64,000 bases of DNA from Neovahlkampfia damariscottae (Eukaryota), in contig JABLTG010000016.1 of assembly GCA_016618085.1 (NCBI GenBank), positions 62,001-126,000 on the forward strand, written 5' to 3'. The notes beneath the pieces were generated by a model, which saw nothing but the letters and a program-made list of their open reading frames with translations, was not told the origin of the DNA and did not search any database. Below are positions 37,785 through 53,280 of this stretch, piece after piece. Both the position numbers and the translations under genes were made by a program. Every line of letters starts with the position of its first letter. The stretch's first letter is position 1.

Positions 37785-40700
37785 TTAGTCATCATAGAAT
37801 TTTTTTCGTTGTCCTTTTGGTGTTTTTATTACAAAAGTTGATACTTGTTTCTTTTCGCTAATCTTTTTTTCTTTTTCTTTTTCTTTTTCAACTTTGTCCA
37901 GAAGATTAAATATTGCTTCATCATCATCGTCATCATCAAGAACAATTGGAATTGATCTTATCTTTTTATTTTGGGATTGAGACAAATTTTTTTCTTCTTG
38001 TGAAGATGTTGGTGAAGCATTTGAAGCAGATTTGAATGATCCTTTTGAGAAAGAGACTGGATAAGTTTTAACTTTTTCAAATTCTGAAATCAATTTCTTT
38101 TCATTATCATCAATTTCATTCAATGATAAGAATGATCTAATTTCATTCAATATATCCACACCATATCTACGAATTTTTGCTGAAACTAATCCATTAATAG
38201 CTTCCAAGTCTTTTAATGATGTTGGTTTTTTGGATGCCAAAAGTTCTAATATCTCAGGTTTTAAAATTTGATATGGTGCTTTTCCTTCTCTTTCTGAAAT
38301 CTTTTTTCTTAAATCATTCAACATTTTTGGTAATTTTGTTTGTGCTTCTGAATTTGATTTAGAACTTTCTTTTGTGGTCAATGGTTTTCCTCTTGTTTTA
38401 ATAACAAATGATTCATTTCCATGTAAAATTTGAGAACATAGGGGTGAACACTTTAGAATGTTAACTTTGAAATACTTACTTTTATGGCATAATATGTTCG
38501 AGTAGATCCTCTTACACCTTCTTCAATCAAATAACCTTGTGCAATTAAACCTTTAGTCATTGTTTCACAATCTTTTTTTGACATATGTTTTCCTGAACCA
38601 TATCCAACAATTTTGTGATGTTCTTTGGACATTATTTTCGATGCTTTACTTCCTCTGAATACACTATTAGAAATGTTAAAGAATCTTGTGTCTTCTTACT
38701 CTATGTAATGTGAAATTCCAAATATGCTTTCTCCAACATTTTTTAAACAAGTAATGAATTTTTTTGCATCACTTGTCATATCAATATCTATTGTATCGCT
38801 GCTCTTTCTACAATTATCACATTCTTTATTGCAGTTCTTAGGATCAAATGTTTCTCCAAAATGTTTCAATTGAAGAACTCTTCTGCAATCAAGATCGTTT
38901 TCACAATAAGCTGCCATTTTTGATATATTATCTCCTGATCTCAAATCAGTTGAAAAATTCATTCTTTTCATTTTATCACCAGGACTATAATACATCAAAC
39001 AATGAGATTTTTCACCATCTCTTCCTGCTCTCCCAGATTCTTGATAATATTCTTCAATAGATCCAGGCATAGAAGTATGAATAACAAAACGAACATCTGG
39101 TTTGTTTATTCCCATTCCAAAAGCTATTGTTGCAACCACAATATCAATTTCATCTTTTGACCATCTTTTTTGAATTTTCTCTTTTTCTGTTTTGTCTTCA
39201 ATTCCAGCATGATAAAATTCTGCAGAAAAACCTTTTTCAACTAAAGCATCAGCCATTTTCTCACAATCTGCTTTGGAGAAGCAATAGACAATTCCACTCT
39301 TTTTTTTGAACTTTGAGTTTATGAAATTTTTAATATCATCAACCATAGTAACAAATGAAGATTTTTGTCTGACTTCATAATATAAATTTTGTCTGTTGAA
39401 TGATCCTGTTAACATTACACAATTTCTAATTTTTAATGATCTTTTAATATCATCTTTCACTTCATCAGTTGCTGTTGCTGTCAATGCCATAATTGGAACA
39501 TCAGGAAAGTTATCCTTCAATATTGATAGTTTTTGATAATCTGGTCTGAAATTATGTCCCTTTTTGAATGTTAAATGTATATTTTAAATTACCCATTGAC
39601 TAACACAATGCGCTTCGTCAATTACAAATCTACTAATGTGACCATTATGGTACATATTTCTCAAAATATCCATGAATACATTACTTTTTGAAAAACGTTC
39701 AGGGGTACAATAAAGTAATTTATATGGACAAAATCCACTTCCAAGAGCTCTGTATATTTCTTTAATATTTTCTGAATTATCTGATGTAATCATTGTGCAT
39801 GGAACATCTAAATCTTCAAGTATTTGGATTTGATCTTGAATTAACGAAATCAAAGGTGAAATAACAAATGTAAGTCCTTTTGAAACCATTGCAGGAAGTT
39901 GATAGGTCAAAGATTTGCCTCCACCAGTTGGTAATAAAAGAAATACATCTTTTCCTGCCATAGTTGCATCAATGGCTGAAAAACAAAATTAATAAAAAAA
40001 AATTAAACCTTCTCTTTGATTTGCTCTGAATGAATTTATTCCAAACATTCCTTTCATAACAGTTTGTACATTATTAGTCCATGAATATGTTCTATCTTCA
40101 GTGGTGGTAATTTCTTCAACATCAAATACAGGTTCTTGTGATTTTTGAAATAATTTTGTAGGTTGTTTTTGAGTTGGTGTTGATGTAGTTCCAAGAAAAT
40201 CATCTTCAAAATCCTTTGCAAAATTACTGACAGTACTTTTTGGATAATCAAATGAACTATAATTTGAAAAACTTTTTGGTTTTTCAACGTCAATTATTAA
40301 AGGTGTATCCAAAGCTTTTTTAAATGAATTCATTCCATCTACTTCTAATACTTCATCTGTTGAACATACTGACAATACATCATCTGAAGTATCATCAATA
40401 ACTTGTGAATGATTACTACTTGTAAAAGAATAATTACTCAAAGGAGTTCTTGATGATATTGCTTGTGGGCTTGGCGTTGAAAAAGTTATTGATTTTGGTT
40501 TAACAATCAATTGATCTTTTGGAGAATCAATTTCTTGACTAAAACTTTTGCAAGTTTGGTTTGATTCAGAATAATTTTTCTTTGATTCCTCCCATTCTTT
40601 TTGTATTTTTTCTTTTTTTTTCAACAATGAATTCAAATAAACACCTGTATCTTCATCTTCATCTGCTTCCATGAGCAAATTTATTATTTTATTTTGAATT

Positions 40701-41099
40701 GAAAATAGTTGTTCTGAAACCTCAAAGTATTTTGGTTTCTTTCTACTTGTTTCTTCAGATAATTCTCTATCTCTTTTTTTGGTTATTATTAAATCTGATT
40801 TTGGAGCAACCTTCCTTTTTGTCACCGGAATAACAGGTGAAATTTTCTCAGGTGTTGTTTCGACTTTTTTTTCAGTTTTTCTTTCTATAATAGTTTCTTC
40901 TAATATTTTAGGGCTTTTTGAAGGTTTTTTAATACTTGAAATCACGCCACTGGATCTATTGGTATTTTTTTTTTTGAATCGATAATTTCTTTTCAAAATT
41001 AATTTTATTTTTGTTTCCTTACGGTGATATTTCGTCAATTTTATTTTCTTTTGTAGGTTCCTCTGGGTCCAAGAGAAAATCTTCCAGATTTGTCTTCAT
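37785..41099 (-). CDS. RecQ helicase, BLM/Sgs1-like, with RQC and HRDC domains
   Basis: PTGGGKSL, IDEAHCVSQWGHNFRPDY, ALTATA, ATIAFGMGINKPDVR, QESGRAGRDG, CRR..L..F; 5 introns. Confidence 0.95.
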
Positions 41100-41192
41100 T
41101 ATTTTTGTGTTTCTTTGAAAAGTGGAAACCGTTGACCAATTGAAATTAGTTTGATCTAATTGGTTCAATTATCCCTCTAATTTCTTTCTACA

Positions 41193-44100
41193 ATGATTAG
41201 TTTCGCTCTGGACAGGCAAAAGTCAACAGGTATAACTTTAGAAAAGGAGGTAAGACTTTGAATAAAAAAAACTTCAGGGTTACTTGTGCAAATTACATTA
41301 TGAAAAGGCATTGAAATTTCAATCAGAAAAAAATTATGAAGCTTCTTTTGCTTATTATTCGAAAATATTGAAGTCGCCTTTTGTTGTTGAAGTTTTTAAA
41401 ACAGAAAAAGATGATGTCAAAACAAACTTGGTACACCTAATTTCTTCTTTTATTGTTTTTAGTTTTTGTATTTGAAATATCTTTCATTGAAAAACGTCGG
41501 AATAATGTTGATGGAACAAAATAAAAACAAAGAATCAGTTGACTATTTACTTGAAGCTGTAAAAATTGATGATAGAGATGCCACCATTTGGTTCAATTTA
41601 GGAAAACTTTGTTTTAATACAAAAAAACATTTTTTATGTAGAACTTCATTAGAAAAATGTATATCTTTGAATGAGTATCATCTACCTGCTTGGAATTATT
41701 TGATGGGATTGTTATACAAAATCGGTGATTTTGATGATTGTAAAACGGTCATTGAAAGAATTCTAAAATTGAATCCAAAATCTGAGGAAGCTTTAAAGTA
41801 TAAAAACCTTTTGTCAAAGAATAAAATGTGTCTTGAAATACCTGAAGAAATTATGGATGAAGAAATGAGTGAAGGAGAGGAAGAAAATGAAACAGAAGAT
41901 GTTATTCACTTGGACAATTTAAAATCATTCTTAATTCAATTATTAGATCTATATAATTCTAGAAATGAAAAGTAAATCAATTCAATTTAATTCCTTTTTA
42001 GATTTGATGATTTAGAAAAGAAAATTATTTTCAAAGAAAAATCAACTGAATTAAAAATGTCCAATGAAGAAATCAAAGAAAAAAATGATGAAAAAAAAGC
42101 TATTGAAGAGGATGATGAAGAAGATGACGAAGATGATGAAGATGAAGAAGAAGAAGGAGGAGAGAAAAAAGATGAAAAAGAAGATGAAGAGAAAAAGAAA
42201 GCAAAAGATGAAAAAAGAAAAAGAAAAGAAGAAAAAGAAAGAAAAAAAGAAGAAAAAAAGAAAGAAAAACAACAATCTTATCTTGAGAATATACTAAGTT
42301 TCTTTCCAGATTTAGAAGATGTTAATTATAAATTTAATTCATCAAAAAATGATAGTGAATTATTAATCACTGGAGAAATAACTTCAAATCAATTCTCAAT
42401 TTTTTCAAATTTGATTATACGAAACGAAAATAGAGGTATCTTTGATATAATTATTTGTTTATTCAATAATTTCATGAATACACAAATTGAAAATTCATTG
42501 AAAAAATATTTCATTCAATTAGCTAACTGCTTGATTTTTCATCAAATTTCAGTTACAAATGAAGTAAGGCTAAATTCATTCTTTGAACTTTAAAGATGTT
42601 AATTTTCATGTGTGAGTTATTGTACAACTATGGGAATCCAGATGACAAAGCATATTGTAGAAGATTATTACATTCATTCTCTCTTGATGTATTATGCAAT
42701 AGAGATATTAAATTTCACCATCTACCTTTAGATTTAAGAATTAGATCACTTTGGATACTTGGAAACTTGGATGAAGACCAAAATAGAGCAAAATTTTGTT
42801 TTGAAGAATGTATCAAGCAATTAAAAAGTGAGATTAAAGTGTATCATTGGTAAATATATTTTCAATTAAACTATATGCTTACTAGTAATTTGATAATTTC
42901 AAACACGATGATTGAAAAGAAAATACAAAAATTGGATTATAAAGAATTCGTTCAAATTGGATCTGAAATGTTTGAAATCAAAAAATACAAAGAATTATTA
43001 ATTCACTTTTCTGATGAATTGAGAAATATTCAAACGTATGCTGAATTCCTCTGCTCTGAAATCAAAAATATTTTGATCAAAACATTTTATGATTCAAAAT
43101 TTAAACTAAAAGGAAAGCATGTAATTGAATGTTTAATATTTTGTTTAAATGATATGGATATTAATGATAAGCATTCTATACCACTTTTAAAATATTTATT
43201 TTTGAACTTAAAATCTGTTCGTATGAGTGATGAAATTGATAAGAAATTCATTCTAAAAGAAATGGTGAAAATATTGGAAACTAAACAGAATAATCAACAA
43301 TTGATTGAATTATCATTATTAATTGCTTATGAAATCAAATTAATTAATAAACAAGAAGATAACTATCATTTACTTACAGCAATATTTGATTCAGCACTTC
43401 AAAATTATCAAATCAAAAGCAGTAAACAATTCACATTATTTAACTAATTTTTAGGATTTCTCTATGAAGAAATAATAAAATCTTATTATTCTTTATATCT
43501 CAGAGAATTGAAACATCCAACAGATTTGAATTTAGAAGGAGAAAAAGAAAAAAAGAAAAAAACTTTGAAAGACAGAATTTTGAAAAAACTATTCAAAATG
43601 TTTTATATTTTATATGGAATTAAACTTACAACAAAAAAAGAGTTATTCAAAAGGTCTGAAGAATTAAGACTTGAACCACCAAAAATATTAAATAGAAAAG
43701 AAATTTGTTTCATTGCATTTGATATATTAGTTCCAACATGCGAAATTTCATTGACAAAAGAAACAAAATCAACATATACTCAAGATCAATTATCTCAAAT
43801 TTTGAAAAAAATTTATGAAAATTTTAATGAAACAGAAATTGTCAACAAACAAAATATTGAAGAAACAAGAAAACTTATTGATTCAAATGAATTGAGAGGA
43901 TTATCAGAATTTGATGAGAGTATTGAAAATGATGTGATGATGAATGAAAATGTTGATCTTGATGAACTTTCTAACTTGAAAAATTGTCTTCAAGATACTA
44001 AATTCTCTTCTTTGTACAAGAACTTGTATTACTTTTTGGGTATTTTCATTTCAAAATCTATAGATATAGAAAATAATGAAAATTCTATTCCAATATTTTT

Positions 44101-45475
44101 AACAAAAGAAAGTTACTTTGAATCTATTAAAATGTTGGAAATTAGTTGTTCAATAGATTATAAAAACTTTGAAAAATGGAAGAATTTGGGTTTACTCTAT
44201 AAAGAAATATTTGATAGAATGCTCTCTATTTTAGATTTTCCATCAACAACAAAAGATTTAATACTAAAAAATGGGAGAGATAATCTCAGATTGGGAGAAA
44301 AAAATTTTGAAAAAGATTTAAAAATAATTGGTATTAGAAGTTTGAAATGCTTGGAAATTTCACAAAAATTGAAGAAAGAAAAAGATGTGTTAAACTTAGT
44401 TGGAAATATTTCTTTTCAATTTTTAAAACAAAAAAATTCAACAACAGAAGAAATTGAAAAATTCAAATTGATTTCTGAAATTTCATTTTTGAATTCAAAT
44501 AAACTTGAACAAAATCAATTTCAAAATTTTTTATTTTTGGGAAAATTAAAAGAAAAATATGGTCATTATAAAGATGCATTGAAATATTATTTGAAATCAT
44601 GTGAATTAGCTGATATCAAAACGAATAATGAACCATTTTTTAATTTATACAAATTATTATTCACATTATACTCTCAAAAGAATAATTCAATTCCTATTGA
44701 GGAATACTTTTTCAATTTTAATATTAATCCATTTGATCTCAAGAAAAAATCAAAAACCTATCATGATTATTTACCAACAGAAGATGAAATTAAAAAATTA
44801 AATTTGAAAGGAAATATTTCAAAGATATTTGAAGGATTTTATATTTGTTTATTAGAAGATGAATTAGATTATAAATCTGTTCTTTCTTTGTCAAAAATAT
44901 TCGAAATTTTAGGAAATGTAACAATTTCAAAGCATCTTTTGAATGGAATTTTTAAAGTAAAGTCCTCTAAAACACCAAAAAAACCAGATTCATTTGAATT
45001 TAAAATTTGGTTCACAGAAAATCATTTAGAAGAAAAAGATTTTGAATGTAGAAATTGGTTAATTGAATGTGTTAAATATTATTGTTCTTTATTGTTAAAA
45101 TCAAATGATTTGAAATCATTTTCAATTTTAATTACAGGTTTGAGATTACAAGTTAGAAAAACTCTTTATTGGTTTTTGATTGATGTCTTTCAATTTTCTT
45201 TACAACAATTTTTGAAATTATTAGAATCAAATGGATTCCCTGAATTGAATTTATTTCAATTATTTATTTATGCAAGCGATAATTTAATTGATAATAATGA
45301 GCAATTCAAAAATACATTGACATTTTTAATTCAATCAAAATGTGTATTGAAAGAATCTGTGAATTTTAAAAATTTGAAAGAAGTTGAAAAATATGTTGTG
45401 AAACACCATGAAATTGATTTTCATTTACCAAAATCAAAATCCACAGATGAATTGAAATCTGAATTATTGAATTAA
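41193..45475 (+). CDS. CABIN1/HIR3-like TPR protein
   Basis: KYLSLKNVG, YLLEAVKIDDRDATIWFNLG..LCRTSLEKCISLN..H resemble the CABIN1 N-terminus; acidic/basic insert; 6 introns. Confidence 0.75.
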
Positions 45476-45574
45476 AATTTTTGTGAATTTATGTGATTCT
45501 TCTTGTTCAAACTCGTTAATTCACCCAAAAAAGGTAAAAATATTTTCACCAATCATTTTGTTATTCCACTTCAA

Positions 45575-47885
45575 ATGTCTCAAGAACGAGAATGGGGTGT
45601 TTTTTATTTCGAGAATAGAACAAAAATACCATTATTATGGAGTACCAAAGGATTACATGTCTCTGTGAGAAAAAAAAAAAAAAATTTAACGAATTAGTGG
45701 GAAAGGAAACCAGAAATAACTACAAATATTTCATTTTTGGAAAACGAAGACTCATGGGGTTCGTTAGTGAGATATAAATTACCACCAAACTCTTATGTAA
45801 ATATTTTACAAACTGAACCAAAAAATAGGTCAAAGGTCAATTTCCATTACATAAATTCCAAAAACATTGTGTAGAAAAAAAAAAGATTAAAAAATATTTA
45901 AATAGGTTTTATTTGTAGAAATACTGACACCAATTTTAAATAAAAAATATCCTCCTCCAACTCAAACTACATTAAATGATTTTGAATTTGAAAACGATGA
46001 TGACGAAGAAAATAAATTAAATTTTGACGAAGAAGAAGTCAGAAATAATGGATTATGTAAATCATATTTAATAGAATATGAAGGTATAAAGGATATAATT
46101 TTAATGAGTAATTTCACAAATTCATTTTTATTATTTGGTAATGGTACTTTTACAATTGAACCTATACTATCAAAATTATTTTCAACTTCGAATCATAAAT
46201 TAAAAAATAATGAAGAAATATCTTTAAAAAATAATATATCACAAGTTTTACCATTATTAAATAATGAAATGCCAAATAGTGGAGAAAAGGATTCTATTCG
46301 TAGTTCAATTGGTATTTCCATTTATGAAAATGAATCTATTTATACATTACGTGAATCAATATTTTTTTATCAATCTTTATTTTTAAAATTGAAAAATAAA
46401 TTACATTTTCTAATTATTATTGATGAGGAGAAAGAAGATTATTGGTCAAAAATGAATGATCTAAAATATATGATTTATTTTTATTTATCACAGTTTATTC
46501 TTGGAACTGGTGATGTTAAAGAAGTTGAATATAATTCATTTTGTAATTGGTTAGATAAAACAATTGAGACTTTTATCATAAAAGATTTTAAAAAATTAAA
46601 GTTGAATTTTGATGATACAAAAACAGAAAGAAATTTGAATGTAAGACATGGAAATGGGACTTTAGTGGATGATCAAATTGATGGTATTATAATCTTATCA
46701 AAAATTGGAAATCAAATCTCAAAAGAATTACGATCAAAATTGAAAAAATGTGAAGGATTTCCAACTTTATTTTTATTGGGTAATATTATTCCATTTTTTA
46801 ATTGAAATTTTTTTTGAAGGTGGTTTGGAGTTATTTTCAAATTTATATGATGTATTTTTATCAAAAGAGAAAACCTATTCTCATATTATGGATTTCTATT
46901 CATCTTCAAATAGACCTACAATAATGTTCTGTTCCTTTGTCTTCTAAACATTTTTGAAGGTATTATCAAAATAATTCAAATCAAAATTCAAATCAAATTA
47001 ATTTATCAGATGGTAAAAATGTATGTAAATTCTTCAGAGAATGCATTGATATTTCAATTGAAGCATTAACTGAAAATAAAAATAGAATTGACATGTCAAA
47101 TGCAATAAAAAAAGAACTTAATAAATATAAATTCAAAAAAGAAAAAGTGAAAAAAGAAATTGATGAAAGAAAAACAAAACAATTTATTTGGTTTTTTGGA
47201 TTGACGAATGAAATTGAAACAGTTCAAAACTCAATCAATATTTTAGAAAATTCAAATTTAAATTTAAAATTCATTCAAACATTTATGCATGTTGCTAAAA
47301 GAGATGATTTTAATAATTTTTCATTCCAATCCACAACTCAAAATGATAATGAAGATGATTCAATTTTCAAAATTAATTATGTGACTCAATTGAGAAAAAG
47401 TTTATTTGAATTTTTGAATAATGTTCCTACTATTAAAAATACTTCATATAATACATACTTTAATAATTCTCATAAGTATGTATTGAAATTTTATTAATAT
47501 CATTTTTTTTAGTTTAAAAATTGAAAAAAAAGATATTATCGTTCTTTGTGTTGAGTTAAATTCAAGGGTTTTAATAACAGGAGACAATGGCGTATTTACT
47601 AATTTTATGGGAAAAATCTTAGATTATACAAAAAATTGTGTTTTATTTGTTGATCGAGTTGATCGAACCAGTAAACAAAGAAATGAGAAATTAAAAATGA
47701 TTGAAAATTTGAATTTTTTTTATGGTGATGAAAATGATTCAAAATTAGATCAAGAATTGATTAGAACACAAAATATTGATAAATATTTCAACTATCGATT
47801 CTATTATTGGTCAGAAAGAGATTCCAAGAATTACAAGAATTTTAGTAACTTTTGGAAAACGATTTTAAAAAATTCGAGTTTTTAA
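45575..47885 (+). CDS. Hypothetical protein
   Basis: Continuous frame after removing 5 tiny GT-AG introns; CCAAT at 45549; no family recognised. Confidence 0.6.
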
Positions 47886-47983
47886 AAGGAGCAACTCTTT
47901 GTAAATAAATTCAAGTTTACTCAAAATTTATTTGGAACAACTCTTTTATCTGACTTCAGTTTCTGTTTTCTTTTCAAAATTGT

Positions 47984-48403
47984 TTATTCAGTCAATTTCT
48001 TCATTTGAATCAAAGATTCTTGATATTCTTGAAATATTGTTGATGATCTTGATATTTGATAGAATACTCTTTCAATTTTCGAAATTGAGAATTCTTTCTT
48101 CAATTCTTCATTGTTCTTATTCAAAAATTCAAAGTCGTTCTCCAAGAATGAAATAAATTCATTTTGATCTTCTTTTTCAAAATAAATAAAATTTTTTTGT
48201 TTTTTTTTATTTTGAATGTTTTCTTTTTCTTCAATTAAATATTTCAAATAATTATTCAAAATGGTAATTTTATTTTCAATTTCATTTTTTTCTTCTTTTT
48301 TTAATTTTATTTCTTCTAATTTTTGTAGGAATAGATTATTAGTTGTTGGTTTTTTTTCTTTTATTTGATAATCTTTTGAAATTTGATTCAAAAACTTTTC
48401 CAT
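47984..48403 (-). CDS. Hypothetical coiled-coil protein
   Basis: ATG 48403 about 20 nt from a CCAAT box; stop codon embedded in AATAAA. Confidence 0.55.
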   Translation of the reverse strand: MEKFLNQISKDYQIKEKKPTTNNLFLQKLEEIKLKKEEKNEIENKITILNNYLKYLIEEKENIQNKKKQKNFIYFEKEDQNEFISFLENDFEFLNKNNEELKKEFSISKIERVFYQISRSSTIFQEYQESLIQMKKLTE

Positions 48404-48464
48404 TTTCCTCTTCTTCTTTTTATCCAATTGTTTTCTTTCGGAAATTTAAACCAATAAAAGAACA

Positions 48465-51400
48465 ATGAATTCAAAATTCTTAAACGAAGGTAAAAAGAGA
48501 ATAAAATTAAATATTAGGCATTTTACCAAAAATCGAAACTCAAACAATGGATTTCTTAAAAGAAAATCCAAAATGGAATGGAAAAGATGTCATTGGTAAT
48601 AAAATGAAAATTTAAAAAATAAAGTTGGTGTTTTTGATACTGGTGTTGGATTAGGCGTTGAAGGATTAGAAAAAACAGTTGACGGGAAAGTAAAAATTAT
48701 TGATATTGTTGATACAACAGGATCAGGAGACGTTAAAACCTCAAAAGTTGTAGAAGCTTCTGAAGATGGAAAATTAGCCCTCTTATCAGGAAGAACAATT
48801 GAAATTCCAAAAAAATGGAAGAATTCAACAAAAAAATATAGAATTGGAACCAAAAGAACTTTTGATTTTTATCCAAGCACTCTCCAAAAAAGAATTGCTA
48901 AAGATGAAAAATTTAATTCAAAAAATGAACAAATAATAGCAAATTTGAATCAAAATAAAACATTAGATCAAGATGAAAAGGAAAATCAAATTAAACAATT
49001 GAATGAATTGATGAAAATTCATGAAAATAATGGTAGTGCTCTTGATGTAATTATTTTCAAAGAAGATGAAAGTGAAGTTTATAAAGTTGCTGTTTTAACA
49101 TCCGAAGAGGATATAGAAAATGTTAAATTACTCTCTGATTATAGTGTGAATCATGAATATTCTTCAATTAATAATGAAATTAATTTTGGTGTTAAAATTT
49201 ATGAAGATGGTGATTTGGTGTCAATTGTTGCTCCAGGAGGCTCTCATGGGACACATGTTTCAGGAATGATTGGAGCTTTTTATGAAAACAATGAAGAATT
49301 GAATGGAATGGCTCCAAATTGTCAAATTGTTAATATTAAAATTGGTGATTCAAGATTAGGAACAATGGAAACTGGAACTGGTTTAATCAGAGGTTTACAA
49401 GCGGCAAAAATGTAATATATCTTTTGAGTTAACTTTTTACAGTAATAAATGTGATATCATAAATATGTCTTATGGTGAAATTGCTAGTCTTTCAAATCAT
49501 GGAAAATTCATTGATTTAATTGATGAATTGGTCAATGAACAAGGAGTTATTTTTGTTGCAAGTGCAGGGAATAATGGACCTTGCATTTCTACAGTTGGAA
49601 CACCTGGTGGTACAACATCATCATGCATTGGTGTTGGTGCTTATGTTAATCAAAATATGATGGAATCAATTTATTCTATCAGAAATGATGAATTACCTGA
49701 TGAAACACAATTTGTTTGGTCATCCAGAGGACCTGCAATGGATGGTGATTTAGGTGTTAATATCAGTTGTCCAGGTGGTGCTGTAGCTCCAATTCCAAAA
49801 TATCTTAATGCAAAAAATACTTTAATGGTAACTTAAAAATGATTTAATATCTTCAAAGAATGGAACATCAATGAGTTCTCCACATTGTGCAGGAAATATT
49901 GCATTATTGGTTTCTGCATTAAAAGATAAAGGTGAAAAATATACTCCATTTTCAATTTTAAGAGCTATTGAAAACACAGCAAAACAATTTAAGAATCCAA
50001 ACTTTTTAACTCATGGAAGAGGTTTATTTCAAGTTCAATCTGCCTTAGATTATTTATTAAAATATCCATTAAACAAAGAAAGTGAAGAGCCTGTGTTTTA
50101 TTCAATTTCAACTGAGAAAAAAGGAAAAGGAATTTATCTCTACAACTATGAAGAAACTCATCAATCAACATTTGAAGAAACAGTTACAATTCAATCCATC
50201 TTTAAAAAGAAAACACCAAAAGAAGATTTAGTTAAATTTGAAAAAAGATTTCAATTAAAATTAAAAGATGAAAATGAAAATTCCAAGTTAATCAAATTTC
50301 CAAGTTACATGTTCCTGTCAAATGTCGGACCAAAAGGTATTTCTGTCAAAATTGATACAACAAAATTCAAAGAAAATTCAATCTATTACAATGAAATTTT
50401 AGGATTTGATTCTGATTCAGAAGAAAATCAAGGACCTCTCTTTAGGATTCCAATTACAATTTTGAAACCTTTGACCATTGAATCAAATTTACATTATCAA
50501 AATGTAAGCTTTACATCCGGTCATCTTGAAAGAAATTTTATTTTTGTACCAAATGGATGTTATGGATGTCGTGTTAAAGTTCAAGGTGTTTCTGTTGAAA
50601 CAAAAAAACTTTTTGCACTCCAAGAAATTCAATTAATCCCAAATATTGCATTCACAAAAACATCATCTGAAAAATGGTTCAGATTAAATCAAGATCAAGA
50701 ATTTGTTCATGAATTTGAAGTATTCCCTGAAAGAACTCTTGAAGTTACAATTGGTCAAAATTGGGCATCACTTGGTACAGCAACTCTAAGTTATGAAATT
50801 GAATTCTTTGGAATTAAATCATTTGGATCTGGTGGTGGTACAATTCATTTAAATGGTTCAGAAAGAGTATTACAATTACCAATTCAAACTGTTTGGCAAA
50901 ATGAAAATTTAAATTTATCATTAAATTTAACACAACATCATCAAGAAATTTCACCTTCAAATTCAGAAATTAAAACATATTCAGATGAAAGAAATTTACT
51001 TGTTGATGGAAAATCTGTTCATCAATTAGAACTAACATATTCATTCAATTTGACAGAGACATCACAAATTACTTTAAGACCATATGCATTATCTGATTTA
51101 TTATATGAATCATGTTATCGTAAATCAATATTCAAATTTAATCTTTTTTCACTTAGATTCTCAATTATTTTTAGTTTTTGATTCAAATAAACAATTAGTT
51201 AAAGTACAAGATTATCATCCAAAGAAATTTAAATTGAATAAAGGAAAATATACTGTCAAATTACAAATTAGACATGATGAATTAAAAATGTTAAAAAGAT
51301 TAATTAATTTGATTATTGTTTTAGAAATTCAATTGACAAAACCTATTCCATTAGATTTTTATTCAACAATGAATGATGCATTATCAGAGGAATCAAAATT

Positions 51401-52243
51401 AACATCTTATAATTTAAAAAAAGGAGAACTAAAAATGATTTTTATTAAAGCATTAAGAAGAAAGAATTTACCAAAGGGAGTTAAATCAGGTGAAATATTA
51501 AGTGGAAATATTTCATTCTTTAAAAATAAAAATCAAAAAATTAATTTCACATTTTCAGTTCCAATAGAAAAACCAAAACCAAAATTAATCAAGAAAGATA
51601 AAGAACTAAGTGCAATTGAAAAATATGAAAATGATTTATTGAAATATCAAATTGATACACTTTCAAAAATAACAAAAAAAGAAGATTTTAATGAAGTATA
51701 TTCATTAATTTTAAATGAAAAAAATGAAAATTCACTTTCATTTTTATTCTTAAAATTGAAATTTTTACAAGATGAAGAAGCATTAGTTTTATCAAATAAG
51801 ATTTTAGATTTGATTGATAAAGATAAATTAGCAATTTATTTTGGTTTAATCCAAAAAGAAAAAAATGAAGAAATGGAAAAAAATAAAAAGATATTAATTG
51901 ATACATTAACATTTCAAGGAAAATATTTTTTAAAAATTGAAAATTTAGAAAAGTTAAATCAAATCAATGATGAATTATCAAAATGGACAAAAGAACAAAA
52001 TTTAGAATTTCAATGTTTTTCTTTAGTTAAATCAAAGAAATATGCAGAAGCAATGAAATTGATTATTACTTCTTTTGCTGTGAAAAAAGAGGTTTGTTTT
52101 GACACTTTTTTTTTACTTTTTTTTAGAAAGTTTTATATGATTTATTGAAACAAATTACAAAAGAAAATGAATGGAATGTGTGGTATGATTATTTAGAAAA
52201 ATCAGAAACAAAATATTTTCCAGTGGATTTTGATTTATTCTAA
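48465..52243 (+). CDS. TPP2: Tripeptidyl peptidase II
   Basis: LPKIETQ, FDTGV, DTTGSGDV, SHGTHVSG, KIGDSRLGTMETG, SAGNNGP, NGTSMSSP; 6 introns. Confidence 0.95.
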
Positions 52244-52256
52244 AAAAATGAATATT

Positions 52257-53084
52257 TTATTCTTCAATTGATTCTTTTGATTCTTCAACAGGTTCCGGTT
52301 TTTCTTCTTCAATTGTTGTTTCTTGATTCTCTTGTTCAACTTTAGGTTCTTCTTCGGATATAGGTTCTTCATCGATTGGTTGCTCAACTACAGATTCTTC
52401 AACTAAAAGTTGCTCATCTTTTTGTTGTTCAATATTTGATTCTATTTCAACTTCTTCATTTATTTCAGGTTCAGGTTTTGATTCATTAACTTCTTGTTTA
52501 ATCTCTTTTACTTCTTCCACTTCAATTTTTTGTTTCGTTTCATCTTCTTGTTTCATTTCATTTAAAGTTTCATTAACCTTATTAAAATCATTTAAATTAT
52601 CATTTTGATGTTGTTGATGTCTTGATTCAAATGTTTCTCTCATTTTTTTTACATCTTCAAAAAACGTAGTCAATTGTGAAATGGAATCATTTGTACTTTC
52701 TGAAATATTTTGATAATTTTCACCCCAGAGTTCAGCACAATTTTCAAGTTGACCCTGAATATTATTTATACTTTTACAAATTGAATCACATTTTGTGTTC
52801 AAAATACCTTCTGGTCTTTTACTCTTTTAAAATTTTTTTTAAATTTTTTTTTCTTTACTTCGAATTCTTTCATGTACAATTGTATTTCATATGACGAATC
52901 TATAAAGTTTTAATTTTTTTTGTATGTTACAATCATGATAAGAGAATAAGCTTGAAGAACATTTATCTAATGTTGGCATTAAGTTATGTAAATCAATATC
53001 TATTCTTTTTGGTTGATATTGTGACTGTTTTTCTGTTAATCCTACTGTCTCACCAACTTTTTTTAAAAAATCATTAAAGAACAT
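52257..53084 (-). CDS. Hypothetical coiled-coil protein with acidic tail
   Basis: Two tiny introns join ORFs 52887-53093 and 52257-52802; ATTGG box 5 nt before the ATG. Confidence 0.6.
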
Positions 53085-53280
53085 TTTGACCAATTAAAAA
53101 TTAAATTGAATTAAAAAACAAAAAATTAAAGATTTATTATTAATTTCAAAAAATATATATATTCCTTGGTTTTGAAGTTGTAGTTTGAATGAATTTTTTC
53201 AACCAACAGATTCTATTTAAAAAAAATCTTGTCATTGACCAATCGCGTTTCGAAACTAAAAAAAAAGTCTAAAATAGAGG

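Noticed and set aside
37449..37861. ORF-track entries overlapping 37558-37675
   Set aside because: They are translations of the 5S rRNA sequence.
42060..42270. GAA/GAT/AAA low-complexity tract
   Set aside because: Encodes the acidic/basic insert of the CABIN1-like protein; not a mobile or satellite repeat.
47888..47947. Imperfect 13-nt direct repeat GGA(G/A)CAACTCTTT, two copies
   Set aside because: Only two copies and no other support; not CRISPR-like and no element between them.
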